Notes under the pieces: generated by a model
Databases searched by the model: none
Told to the model about the DNA's origin: nothing
Seen by the model: only the letters and a program-made list of their open reading frames with translations
IMG/VR virus record: IMGVR_UViG_3300024507_000173
Span: 1 to 64,000 of that record
From: a virus
Taxonomy: Duplodnaviria; Caudoviricetes
DNA length: 64,000 nt
Direction: 5' to 3' (one strand)
Part shown: in pieces, positions 47,552-56,487 of the stretch
How the letters are laid out: every line of letters starts with the position of its first letter
How positions within the stretch are numbered: the stretch's first letter is position 1
Position numbers and translations under genes: made by a program

Positions 47552-48118
47552 ATGGCAACTTGGCCTTTTTCATCAGACGATACCTCACCATCATATAGTA
47601 GCGACGAAACTACAGAAAAGAAAGAACTTACCGCTTGGACTGTAAGTACATACTACAAAAAGTCTATTGAAGAACACGAACACTTTACTAAAGACGGACA
47701 AGAAATTATTCACAAAACTGGTTGGCGTGGAGGATCTTGGATTGTTTATACTAACGATGGAAACCCGCCAAAGTTTGAGTTTGATTATGTACCAGGCGGT
47801 GATGGATCTAAAGACAGCATAGATATTAACAACTGCTACTATAATAATATTGAAGAAGTTGAGCTCGAATCAACCTTTGACGGTTGTTGGGCAGACGTAG
47901 AATGGCCAGATGACATTGACGAAGATGAGCAAGCAGAAATTGAAGAAGCAATGGAAGAAGATGGCTATTACGATGCACTAGAAAGCAGAGATTGGTCTTC
48001 TAGTGATAGCGAAATGTGGATTTGGGGTCCTATTGTGATTGAAGGCGAAAACGGTTATCGTCGTATTATCCAAGCCGACGAAGATGGCAATGTTATTGAC
48101 TTTAAGGAAAATGAATGA
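47552..48118 (+). CDS. Highly acidic hypothetical protein
   Basis: D/E/W-rich 188-aa ORF. Confidence 0.7.
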   Translation: MATWPFSSDDTSPSYSSDETTEKKELTAWTVSTYYKKSIEEHEHFTKDGQEIIHKTGWRGGSWIVYTNDGNPPKFEFDYVPGGDGSKDSIDINNCYYNNIEEVELESTFDGCWADVEWPDDIDEDEQAEIEEAMEEDGYYDALESRDWSSSDSEMWIWGPIVIEGENGYRRIIQADEDGNVIDFKENE

Positions 48119-48648
48119 AGCGTGATTACACAGACGGAGTCAGCGAAGGTATTACATTCTTCACTGGTGTGGAGATTGAACGCACTCCTGCATTTGGAAT
48201 GAAGACCTTATTTGTTGTAGGTGTTCACGACCCATATGTTATTATGGAACTTGCACGTAATCATAACTGCAAGCATATCTATTTTGGTGCTAATCAAAGT
48301 TTCCAAACTAATGGCGTTAATGATGTAGAAACTTGGCGTCCGTGGGAAGATATGATCTACGTTTGTCTAGATGCAGAAGACGGTTTCTGGTGTACGCTTG
48401 ACTTTGATGTTAAGGAAACGGAAGGATTGCTCGAGAGCGGTTTAACCGAAAAGCGTAGATTTATTCCGCAGATTAGTGTAAAATTACCTTATATCAATCA
48501 ACTTGGTTATAATGCTACACTAAAGATCGACGACAAAGATTTTTGTGCAACTAACCCTGGGGTATGGTGCCATAACCTACAGGACCTTCTGGGAAGAGAT
48601 CGCTTCACAGATTGGGATCAATATGGCAAGGATGAAATTATTAAATGA
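48115..48648 (+). CDS. Hypothetical protein in the deazaguanine region
   Basis: 177 aa alpha/beta protein with GVEIE.TPA.G.KTLFV, HIYFG and KIDD motifs. Confidence 0.7.
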   Translation: MKRDYTDGVSEGITFFTGVEIERTPAFGMKTLFVVGVHDPYVIMELARNHNCKHIYFGANQSFQTNGVNDVETWRPWEDMIYVCLDAEDGFWCTLDFDVKETEGLLESGLTEKRRFIPQISVKLPYINQLGYNATLKIDDKDFCATNPGVWCHNLQDLLGRDRFTDWDQYGKDEIIK

Positions 48649-48998
48649 GTACTGGACAGGCAATAAACTATGCGACTGCTAAACAATCAGCTATTCGCCC
48701 TGCTCGCAGAGTAAAAAGGAAAGAAATGAAACTTACATTTAAACAGCGTATCCGTAATTGGCTCAATAGCGACAATGACGATATGGATGCAGTACCAACC
48801 TTGGCTGTAGAAGCTGATCGTCTTCAATCTGACGGTATTCGTTTACAGATTTACAAAGCCAGTGGTGGGTACGTTGTAGAGACTCGAGGTTACGATCGAA
48901 AGACTGATCGCAATCATAACACTATGCACGTAGTTACTGAAAATGAAGACCTAGGCGATCGCTTAAGTAAAATTGTTATGATGGAGGCAATGAGATGA
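48645..48998 (+). CDS. Hypothetical protein
   Basis: Coupled ORF. Confidence 0.6.
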   Translation: MSTGQAINYATAKQSAIRPARRVKRKEMKLTFKQRIRNWLNSDNDDMDAVPTLAVEADRLQSDGIRLQIYKASGGYVVETRGYDRKTDRNHNTMHVVTENEDLGDRLSKIVMMEAMR

Positions 48999-49222
48999 GA
49001 CACCCTGATTTAAAAATTAAAGAATTTACAATTAAAGAAAATTCTGGATTCCGTATGCGTGTAGAATCTTGGGAGTGCGTTGCACCCAAAGGTCTATATG
49101 CTGTAAATTTTATTCAAGAAAGCCTAAATAAAGACGGTGATGTTGACGATACAAGTATCTACAATTTTCATCTAACTAAAGAGGAAGTCGGTGAATTGTG
49201 TAAAGGACTGTTATCAGTATGA
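48995..49222 (+). CDS. Hypothetical protein
   Basis: Coupled ORF with a GGAGG RBS. Confidence 0.6.
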   Translation: MRHPDLKIKEFTIKENSGFRMRVESWECVAPKGLYAVNFIQESLNKDGDVDDTSIYNFHLTKEEVGELCKGLLSV

Positions 49223-49608
49223 TTATTAGGCAAGACCAAAGACCCAATAAAATGATTTGGGTTACATTTCAAAAAGAGGGTATGCACAAATATCCAGCGG
49301 CTCTTACAGATTCTAGCCTTGCTACAGGTGACGAGTATGATGTTAGCTTCCTTGGCTATCCACATCGTCATATCTTTCACTTTAAAGTTTGGATTAGCGT
49401 AACACATAATGACCGCGATATTGAGTTTATTCAGTTTAAACGATGGTTGCAGAATCTTTATAAAGATGCTACACTTAGTTTAGACTTTAAGAGTTGCGAG
49501 ATGATGTCAGACGATTTGTATGACGCTATCTCCAATAAGTATCCAGGCCGCGAGGTTTGGATTGAGGTCTCCGAAGACGGAGAAAATGGTTCATTCATCA
49601 AATATTAA
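49219..49608 (+). CDS. dpdL: QueD-like T-fold protein of the DpdL type
   Basis: LGYPHRHIF (LxxxHRHxF, not the canonical QueD CxxxHGH), SCE, and C-terminal VSEDGENG. Confidence 0.65.
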   Translation: MIIRQDQRPNKMIWVTFQKEGMHKYPAALTDSSLATGDEYDVSFLGYPHRHIFHFKVWISVTHNDRDIEFIQFKRWLQNLYKDATLSLDFKSCEMMSDDLYDAISNKYPGREVWIEVSEDGENGSFIKY

Positions 49609-49619
49609 AGGAAAGTAAG

Positions 49620-49889
49620 ATGAAAAACTACAAGGACATCGATTACTTTGAAAGTCGTCCTGATGTTGTTAAGGTCTTTGATGACCTAGATGCGTATCTC
49701 GATTTCTGCAGATTTGAGTTGCGTGATTTTAATCCTGCAGATCTTTATCGCAAAGATTCTGCAAATTACCAAGCCTACTTGGCAAGTAAGCGTCCTCGTA
49801 GACCTTACCAAGGTAATAAGCCACGTTTTGAAGGTCGTAGTAATAACTACGAAGGTCGAAACAATAACTACGATCGCAGAGGTCGTTGA
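49620..49889 (+). CDS. Hypothetical protein with an R/N/G-rich repeat tail
   Basis: C-terminal EGRSNNY-EGRNNNY-DRRGR. Confidence 0.65.
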   Translation: MKNYKDIDYFESRPDVVKVFDDLDAYLDFCRFELRDFNPADLYRKDSANYQAYLASKRPRRPYQGNKPRFEGRSNNYEGRNNNYDRRGR

Positions 49890-49890
49890 T

Positions 49891-50964
49891 ATGGCACGGG
49901 TTTTCCTAGTCGACCTTGAGGCAGTAGAAACTCGTTACACAGGCGAGTGGAAAACCCACCTTCCTGCACTTCTTAAAAAGAGAGGACACGATGTTCAAAT
50001 TATATCTGGCCCTACGGATATTCCTAGTGCAACCACTCCTGGCGCTTTTCTTAATTTTGGTGGCACCAATATATATAAGTCTAGTCAAGTTGAGCAAATG
50101 GGTCGGTTGTTTTGCAATGGATCAGTGGCTCCTAATGATCACTTTATCTTTACTGATGCTTGGCACCCTGGCATCATAAACTTAAAATATATGAGTGAGC
50201 TTTTACAGATTCCTGTAAAAATTCACGCATTGTGGCACGCCGGATCATATGATCCTCAAGATTTCTTAGGTCGACTTATTGGTGACACTCCTTGGGTTAG
50301 ACACTCAGAAAAAGCATTCTATCACGCAATCGATTATAATTGGTTCGCTACAGAATTTCATATCGAAATGTTCTGTAAAAATCTGTTAGGTTATGAAAAC
50401 TCCAACATTGTTAGAGAGTTTGCCAAACATAAAATTATGCGTACAGGTTGGCCAATGGAATATATGGTAGATACCTTAAGTATGTACAGCGAAATGGAAA
50501 AGAAAAACATTATTCTTTTCCCGCATCGTATTGCTCCAGAGAAACAAGTCGATATATTTTATGACTTAAAAGAACAACTTCCTCAATATGAGTTTATTGT
50601 TTGTCAAGAACGTCAACTTACAAAAAACGAATATCATAATATGCTAGGCGAATCTAAACTAGTGTTTAGTGCTAACCTACAAGAAACACTTGGAATTAGT
50701 TGGTACGAAGGTGCTATTACTAAAACTATTCCTATGGTTCCAGACAGACTCAGTTACAGTGAAATGGCATTAAAAGATTTTTCTTATCCTTCAGAGTGGA
50801 CAGAATCTTTTAATTCTTATAGGGCACATAGAGGAGCAATAGTAGATCGAATTGTCCATTATATGGAAAATTACGAATCCTATCTACCTCGCCTAAATAA
50901 ACAGGTAGATCGTTTAACTAAGAATTATTTTAGTTGCGATAATCTCTTAGAGATGCTAAAATAA
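49891..50964 (+). CDS. GT-B fold glycosyltransferase
   Basis: FPHRIAPEKQ and QETLGISWYEG (GT4-like ExxGxxxxE), PDRLSYSE. Start at ATG 49891. Confidence 0.8.
   Translation: MARVFLVDLEAVETRYTGEWKTHLPALLKKRGHDVQIISGPTDIPSATTPGAFLNFGGTNIYKSSQVEQMGRLFCNGSVAPNDHFIFTDAWHPGIINLKYMSELLQIPVKIHALWHAGSYDPQDFLGRLIGDTPWVRHSEKAFYHAIDYNWFATEFHIEMFCKNLLGYENSNIVREFAKHKIMRTGWPMEYMVDTLSMYSEMEKKNIILFPHRIAPEKQVDIFYDLKEQLPQYEFIVCQERQLTKNEYHNMLGESKLVFSANLQETLGISWYEGAITKTIPMVPDRLSYSEMALKDFSYPSEWTESFNSYRAHRGAIVDRIVHYMENYESYLPRLNKQVDRLTKNYFSCDNLLEMLK
50934..50962 (+). promoter_or_regulatory. Sigma70 extended -10 promoter for folE
   Basis: TTGCGA(50934)-17 bp-TAAAAT(50957), with TG at 50954-50955. Confidence 0.5.
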
Positions 50965-51003
50965 CTTATTATGTCATCCACGACATTAACTCGGAGAATT
51001 TAA

Positions 51004-51753
51004 TTGAAATTAAAAAAACAAGAAACAGCACTAGACGCTATGGCAGGCGATGGTGGCTATGAAGAAGCATACTTAGGCGATCATCTTCGCTTTAAAATGA
51101 AACGCGAAGGCAAACGTTTTTGGGCTGGTGACAATATCAGTGATTATGTCAGCGAAGAAGATAAAGAAATCTTAATTGAAGAAGCAACTGAAGCATTTGA
51201 ACTAGTTCTTGATCGTTTGCTAATCGATCGAGAAACAGATCCTAACTCAAAAGGTACAGCACGTCGACTGGCTAAGATGTACTTCAACGAAATTATGGCA
51301 GGTAGATATGACCCATCACCAAGCGCAACAGCATTTCCAAATGACTCAGAAGATCGCTACGAAGGTATGTTGGTGGTACGTAGTGAGTTGCGCTCTATGT
51401 GCAGTCATCATCATCAGCCCGTTAGTGGTGTCGCTTACATTGGCATCATCGCCGCACAAAAACTTATTGGTTTGTCTAAGTACACTCGTATTGCTCAGTG
51501 GTGCGCTCGTCGCGGTACCTTACAAGAAGAACTAGCCAACGATATTGCTAGAGAAATAGAACGTGCCACTGCTGCATCCGACCTCGGTGTTTACATCCAA
51601 GCCACTCACGGTTGTTGTGAAAACCGTGGTATTATGGCACATAGTTCTTTAACGCAGACTACAGTATTGAAAGGTGCGTTTAAAGATGATCCAGGTACAA
51701 AGAAGGAATTCTTTGATAACATTAAACTACAACAGGAGTTTGCACCGCGATGA
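51004..51753 (+). CDS. folE: GTP cyclohydrolase I
   Basis: SMCSHHHQP, IGLSKYTRI, LQEE, HGCCENRG and EFF. TTG start with a GGAG RBS. Confidence 0.93.
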   Translation: MKLKKQETALDAMAGDGGYEEAYLGDHLRFKMKREGKRFWAGDNISDYVSEEDKEILIEEATEAFELVLDRLLIDRETDPNSKGTARRLAKMYFNEIMAGRYDPSPSATAFPNDSEDRYEGMLVVRSELRSMCSHHHQPVSGVAYIGIIAAQKLIGLSKYTRIAQWCARRGTLQEELANDIAREIERATAASDLGVYIQATHGCCENRGIMAHSSLTQTTVLKGAFKDDPGTKKEFFDNIKLQQEFAPR

Positions 51754-51968
51754 GTAATTCCGTAGATATGGCTAACGATTTAATTAATCGTGCTAAAAAT
51801 TTAAAGAAGTTTGAAGTAAAACGTATGCTAGAAGATGGCATTCTGTTTAATGGTCCTGTACCTTTTGATATTAAGGGCAAAGACGATTGCTATTGGATTT
51901 ATGCGTATGCAGTTACCCAAGAAGAAGCAGAAGCAACAGTTGATGCTTGGTTAAAGGATCGTGTATGA
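51750..51968 (+). CDS. Hypothetical protein
   Basis: Coupled ORF. Confidence 0.6.
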   Translation: MSNSVDMANDLINRAKNLKKFEVKRMLEDGILFNGPVPFDIKGKDDCYWIYAYAVTQEEAEATVDAWLKDRV

Positions 51969-52402
51969 AATGGTTTCTTAATCTCTTAGAACGTATGGGT
52001 CGTAAACGTATTGTTATGGATCGTGAAGCTGACGAACCATATTTAGAACGCTACTATCTATTTCTAAAAGATAGAGACCGTTTTCCATTTAACATTTTCC
52101 TACACAAGTTTTTAAAAGGTGATCCAGATGATCTTCACGATCATCCCTGGCCTTATGCCACACTTATTCTAAAAGGTGGTTATTGGGAAACTACTCCAGA
52201 AGGTCGCTTTTGGAGAAGACCTGGACACTTTAGAATTTGTAAGGCAAAAAGTTTTCATCGTGTAGAATTAGAACCGGGCGTAGAATGTTGGACAATCTTT
52301 ATGCCAGGCCCTAAACAACGTGAATGGGGATTTGATGTTAACGGTAAATGGGTACAACACGAACAATATTTAAAAACACGATATGAACAAGCACATAATT
52401 AA
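51965..52402 (+). CDS. Cupin-fold protein
   Basis: LHDHPW.....ILKGGYWE...FHRVEL metal-binding cupin motifs. Confidence 0.8.
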   Translation: MKWFLNLLERMGRKRIVMDREADEPYLERYYLFLKDRDRFPFNIFLHKFLKGDPDDLHDHPWPYATLILKGGYWETTPEGRFWRRPGHFRICKAKSFHRVELEPGVECWTIFMPGPKQREWGFDVNGKWVQHEQYLKTRYEQAHN

Positions 52403-52874
52403 TTTTAATGAATTTACAGTAAACGTTAGTAAAATTTGCCGTAGCTTTGGTACTTGGCGACCTGATTACATTGTAGGACTTACACGGGGAGGTTTGCTCC
52501 CTGCTGTTATGATTAGTCATTGGTTAGATGTGCCAATGCACTCACTCAATGTAAGCCTACGTGATCATACAGCAAGTGAAAGCAATCTATGGATGGCTGA
52601 TGATGCATTTGCAGGTAAACAGATTCTTATTGTAGACGATATTAACGATAGCGGTGCTACACTTAATTGGATTATGGACGATTGGCGTAGCAGTTGCTTT
52701 CCTCACGATGAGCGTTGGGATATGATTTGGAACAATAGTGTACGCTTTGCTGTAATTGTAGATAATCTTGCCAGCGGGTGTAATGTTAAAATGGACTATG
52801 TTGGATTTGAGGTCAATAAGGCAGAAAACGATGTTTGGATAGAATTTCCTTACGAAGATTGGTGGGCAAAATGA
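52383..52874 (+). CDS. Type I phosphoribosyltransferase (xanthine-guanine PRT-like)
   Basis: GLTRGGLLPA, ILIVDDINDSGAT and WIEFPYE. Confidence 0.85.
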   Translation: MNKHIINFNEFTVNVSKICRSFGTWRPDYIVGLTRGGLLPAVMISHWLDVPMHSLNVSLRDHTASESNLWMADDAFAGKQILIVDDINDSGATLNWIMDDWRSSCFPHDERWDMIWNNSVRFAVIVDNLASGCNVKMDYVGFEVNKAENDVWIEFPYEDWWAK

Positions 52875-53092
52875 TCGACGCACAGGTTAAGGTACATTGC
52901 ACAGATGCAGGTAAAGATTTTGATATGCACGTTTTAGGTTACAAACCTAAAGCATTTTTAGAAGTTGCTTTTCAAACTTTAAAAATTAAAATGGTATATA
53001 AAGAGAATACTAGAGCGTTTGTTGGTAGCCTAGGTGGGAGAGAATTTGTTATTCGCGAAGATTCTCTACCAAAAGAAAATAAGGGATATTGA
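52871..53092 (+). CDS. Hypothetical protein
   Basis: ATGA-coupled start at 52871. Confidence 0.6.
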   Translation: MIDAQVKVHCTDAGKDFDMHVLGYKPKAFLEVAFQTLKIKMVYKENTRAFVGSLGGREFVIREDSLPKENKGY

Positions 53093-53919
53093 TGGGTAGA
53101 ACTTTATTCATTGGAGATAGTCACACAATGGGCTACACTTCAGTTTTGAACAGTAAAGGCGTAGGCAGTTTTAGTCAATGGAACGATAACAACTATGCAG
53201 AAATTTACAGTAAATTAAACAATAAGCCAGTCATTGTTTATGCTATGTCTGGTGCATCAAACAGATTATATACCGATTGGCTTATATCGATGTTTAATTT
53301 GTACGATGACATTGATGAGGTCTTTATTTGTCTAGCATCATTTAATAGATTCATTATAGCATACGACGATATTTCTAAAGAAGATTGTATTCCATCTGAT
53401 TATTTCACTTTCAAGTGCGATTCAGACGATGAAAATATTCATAGATATATGGATGCAATTGTTAGAGAAAAATCAATGCAGCTATTAAACAAGTCAACTT
53501 ACGACGATTACGGAAATTATCCGGGTGTTGAATTTAGTGCTACTGATGGATTAATTGTTCCGGATCTTCGAAAACATACATATATGCAGGTTAAATTGTT
53601 TTTCGAACTTAATACCTATGTAGAAAAAAGAGAATTTTTAAATTGTGTTTACACCTGGGATAATATCTGCGCAGACCACGGAGTGCCTTTACATCTGTTT
53701 AATTTTACAGATAGATTAAAATTTCCAACGCAGTTTGACTATTACGGAAAACTTAAAAATACTAGAATTGCTTCTAAAACAGTTCAATCATTTACAAAGC
53801 AATTAGGGTTTAATCACGAAAATTTTCTTATTGAAGATAAAGAACACTACAATACTAGCTATCACGAATTAGTTGCCAAACATTATATTCCATGGTTAAC
53901 CAGTTTAAAAAAATATTAA
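53089..53919 (+). CDS. SGNH/GDSL-like hydrolase
   Basis: FIGDSHT, GASN and a C-terminal D.EHY....H. Confidence 0.6.
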   Translation: MMGRTLFIGDSHTMGYTSVLNSKGVGSFSQWNDNNYAEIYSKLNNKPVIVYAMSGASNRLYTDWLISMFNLYDDIDEVFICLASFNRFIIAYDDISKEDCIPSDYFTFKCDSDDENIHRYMDAIVREKSMQLLNKSTYDDYGNYPGVEFSATDGLIVPDLRKHTYMQVKLFFELNTYVEKREFLNCVYTWDNICADHGVPLHLFNFTDRLKFPTQFDYYGKLKNTRIASKTVQSFTKQLGFNHENFLIEDKEHYNTSYHELVAKHYIPWLTSLKKY

Positions 53920-54482
53920 TTGCTGGAGATAGTTTTTCAGCAGTTTGGCCTGATTCAAACACAGGCTGGGTTAATCTGTTGGCTAAAGATTACGATGTTA
54001 CTAATTTATCAGAACCTGGAATAAGCGAATACAAAATTCTAAAACAAATAGAAAGTGTAAACACGACATCATTTGATGTTGTGATAGTCAGTCATACAAG
54101 TCCTAGCAGGGTTCATACAAAAAATCATCCTATACAAAAATCAGGATTTAGAAAAAATTGTGACTTAATATATCACGATATCGAAAATCATTTTAATCCT
54201 TTTAACTTTAATCTATTGTCAGCTAAACTATTTTTTAGATATCACTACGACGACGAATATCAAATTGATATCTATAATTTAATTCGAGACAAAATAAACA
54301 ATTTAATAAAAACAAAATATATTAGTATTTCGCATTTAGAGATTGCTGCCGAATTAGCCATAGAAAAATATCATACAGATTTTTCAACTCTTTGGAGCAA
54401 AGAAAGAGGTTACACAAATCATTATACTGACAACGGTAATAAAATTGTATATAATATAATAAAGGAACTTATAGAAAAATGA
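53892..54482 (+). CDS. SGNH/GDSL-like hydrolase
   Basis: IAGDSFS, NLSEPGIS and NHY...GN. Confidence 0.6.
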   Translation: MVNQFKKILIAGDSFSAVWPDSNTGWVNLLAKDYDVTNLSEPGISEYKILKQIESVNTTSFDVVIVSHTSPSRVHTKNHPIQKSGFRKNCDLIYHDIENHFNPFNFNLLSAKLFFRYHYDDEYQIDIYNLIRDKINNLIKTKYISISHLEIAAELAIEKYHTDFSTLWSKERGYTNHYTDNGNKIVYNIIKELIEK

Positions 54483-54871
54483 CCGATATAAACAAAATAT
54501 TTCCCGCCGAGCCTAGTTTTATCGAAGATTCTAAAGCGCCGTGGACAGAACTTATAGAAGAAGATTATCACGTAAAAGTATTTCGTGATATCTATCCGGT
54601 AACAGAGGGTCATCTTTTATTTGTACCTAAATATAATACCGTTGCTGTTCTAATGGATTGTTTTGAAGATGCAGTTAGAGACGGTATTAAGAGAGTACAA
54701 CAAGGCGAATGGGACGGATTTAACATAGGTATGAATTACGGCCCAGCTGCTGGACAAACAGTTCCTTGGCCACACGTTCATCTTATTCCAAGACGTAAAG
54801 GTGATATGGAAGACCCCACAGGAGGTGTTCGTCACGTTATTCCAGAAAAAGGAAACTATCGTAAATGGTAA
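54479..54871 (+). CDS. HIT family nucleotide hydrolase
   Basis: PVTEGHLLFVPK and AAGQTVPWPHVHLIPR. Confidence 0.9.
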   Translation: MTDINKIFPAEPSFIEDSKAPWTELIEEDYHVKVFRDIYPVTEGHLLFVPKYNTVAVLMDCFEDAVRDGIKRVQQGEWDGFNIGMNYGPAAGQTVPWPHVHLIPRRKGDMEDPTGGVRHVIPEKGNYRKW

Positions 54872-55065
54872 CCATTAATGTTCCGTGGAACGAAAAAACA
54901 AATAATATGCCATTTTGGAATAATGTAACTGCAACTATTGTAGAAAAATTTGGATTGCCAGGAGATAGATATAGAACTGAAGTTAGTACAGAATGTATGA
55001 AATTTCATTTTCATAATGAACACGATGGACTTATGTGCAAGATACTAGTAAGTGAATACATATGA
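54865..55065 (+). CDS. Hypothetical protein
   Basis: Coupled ORF. Confidence 0.6.
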   Translation: MVTINVPWNEKTNNMPFWNNVTATIVEKFGLPGDRYRTEVSTECMKFHFHNEHDGLMCKILVSEYI

Positions 55066-55265
55066 AAAACATTCTTGTTGTAGTTTCAATTTTTGCTATA
55101 TTTTTTATTTTAATTTTAGTAGGTTCTAAGCAACCTCAAACAAGAATATACGATTGCGGAATGGCAGAATGGCATCCGGATATTCCCAATAAAGTTAAAG
55201 AAGAGTGTAGAAAATTACACTACGAGCATTGGAAGAAAGAAAATGACGAAAAAAATAGAATCTAA
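55062..55265 (+). CDS. Small membrane-anchored protein
   Basis: N-terminal TM segment, then YDC..AEWHPD.P...KEECR. Confidence 0.6.
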   Translation: MKNILVVVSIFAIFFILILVGSKQPQTRIYDCGMAEWHPDIPNKVKEECRKLHYEHWKKENDEKNRI

Positions 55266-55461
55266 AAGTTGGACCCTTAATGTTGAAGAAGATCCTGAAA
55301 CAGGAGATTGTATATTACCATTTCCTCCAGACCTATTAAAAGAAGCAGGTTGGAAAGAAGGCGATAATTTAATTTGGATCGATAACGAAGATGGCACTTG
55401 GAGTTTGATCAAAGAAGACTTGACAAATTTTGTAAAAAAAGGTATAATAAACAATGAGTAA
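55243..55461 (+). CDS. AbrB/MazE-like small DNA-binding protein
   Basis: ILPFPPDLLKEAGWKEGDNL pattern. Confidence 0.55.
   Translation: MTKKIESKSWTLNVEEDPETGDCILPFPPDLLKEAGWKEGDNLIWIDNEDGTWSLIKEDLTNFVKKGIINNE
55420..55448 (+). promoter_or_regulatory. Consensus sigma70 promoter, leaderless queE
   Basis: TTGACA(55420)-17 bp-TATAAT(55443), with the ATG at 55454. Confidence 0.8.
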
Positions 55462-56314
55462 AATTAAAATCGCAGAGCTGTTTTACAGCATTCAAGGTGA
55501 AGGCCGCTATATGGGTGTGCCTTCTGTTTTCTTACGTATATTTGGTTGCAACTTCAAGTGTGCCGGGTTTGGTATGCCTAGAGGTGAACTAAGCACAGAG
55601 GCAGATGATATTGTTATTCAACACAAGAGATCTCCTTACGAAAAATACGAAGCATTGCCGTTGGTATCTACAGGTTGTGATAGCTATGCTAGTTGGCATC
55701 CAGAGTTTAAAGACCTAAGTCCAATGCTAACTAGCGATGCTATTGCTGAACGCATTATGGAAATTCTTCCACACAACGAATGGCAGGACGAACACCTAGT
55801 TATCACAGGTGGTGAACCTTTGCTAGGTTGGCAACGTGCCTATCCAGACTTGTTGCGTCATCCCAAGATGACAGGTCTAAAAGAAATTACCTTTGAAACA
55901 AACGGCACCCAAGAACTGTCAGAAAGTTTTAAAGATTATTTGTTAGAATGGACAATGCCTCATCCAGATTACAACAAAGAAATTACATTTAGTGTTAGTG
56001 CTAAATTACCTTGCTCTGGAGAAAAGTGGGAAGATGCTATTCGTCCAGAAATAGTTTGTGATTATCAAAACTGGGGTTATGTATACTTAAAATTTGTAGT
56101 AGCCTCTGAGGAGGATTTGAAAGATGCAGAACGAGCTGTTAAGGAATATCGCGAGGCAGGTTTTACGGGCCCTGTTTATATTATGCCTGTTGGTGGAGTT
56201 GACAGCGTGTATACCCTTAACAATCGTAACGTGGCAGAAATGGCAATGCGAAAAGGATGGCGGTACAGTGATCGACTACAAGTGCCTCTCTTCAAGAACG
56301 AGTGGGGAACCTGA
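55454..56314 (+). CDS. queE: 7-carboxy-7-deazaguanine synthase (radical SAM)
   Basis: ELFYSIQGEG, GCNFKC...(insert)...CDS, TGGEP, ETNGT and RLQV. Confidence 0.88.
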   Translation: MSKIKIAELFYSIQGEGRYMGVPSVFLRIFGCNFKCAGFGMPRGELSTEADDIVIQHKRSPYEKYEALPLVSTGCDSYASWHPEFKDLSPMLTSDAIAERIMEILPHNEWQDEHLVITGGEPLLGWQRAYPDLLRHPKMTGLKEITFETNGTQELSESFKDYLLEWTMPHPDYNKEITFSVSAKLPCSGEKWEDAIRPEIVCDYQNWGYVYLKFVVASEEDLKDAERAVKEYREAGFTGPVYIMPVGGVDSVYTLNNRNVAEMAMRKGWRYSDRLQVPLFKNEWGT

Positions 56315-56487
56315 TGGAGACCAAAACAAGAACAGTAGTACGGACAGTAAGTTATAGAATTATTGCGTTATTGATTACTGCAATTTGGACAGGGTTAAGC
56401 GATGCTGTTCTTATTCATATTATTCTAACAGCGGTACATTATATAATGGAAAGAATTTGGCTTAAGGTGCAATGGGGTAAAAATTAA
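56314..56487 (+). CDS. Small membrane protein (DUF2061-like)
   Basis: ET..RT...T.SYR....ERIW..V.WG. Confidence 0.6.
   Translation: METKTRTVVRTVSYRIIALLITAIWTGLSDAVLIHIILTAVHYIMERIWLKVQWGKN

Noticed and set aside
49219-49608. Calling this gene canonical queD
   Set aside because: It lacks the CxxxHGH catalytic motif and has LxxxHRHxF instead.
50963-51003. Possible preQ1 riboswitch upstream of folE
   Set aside because: There is only a 5-bp hairpin (ATGTC/GACAT). It lacks the preQ1-I loop consensus and the A-rich pseudoknot tail.
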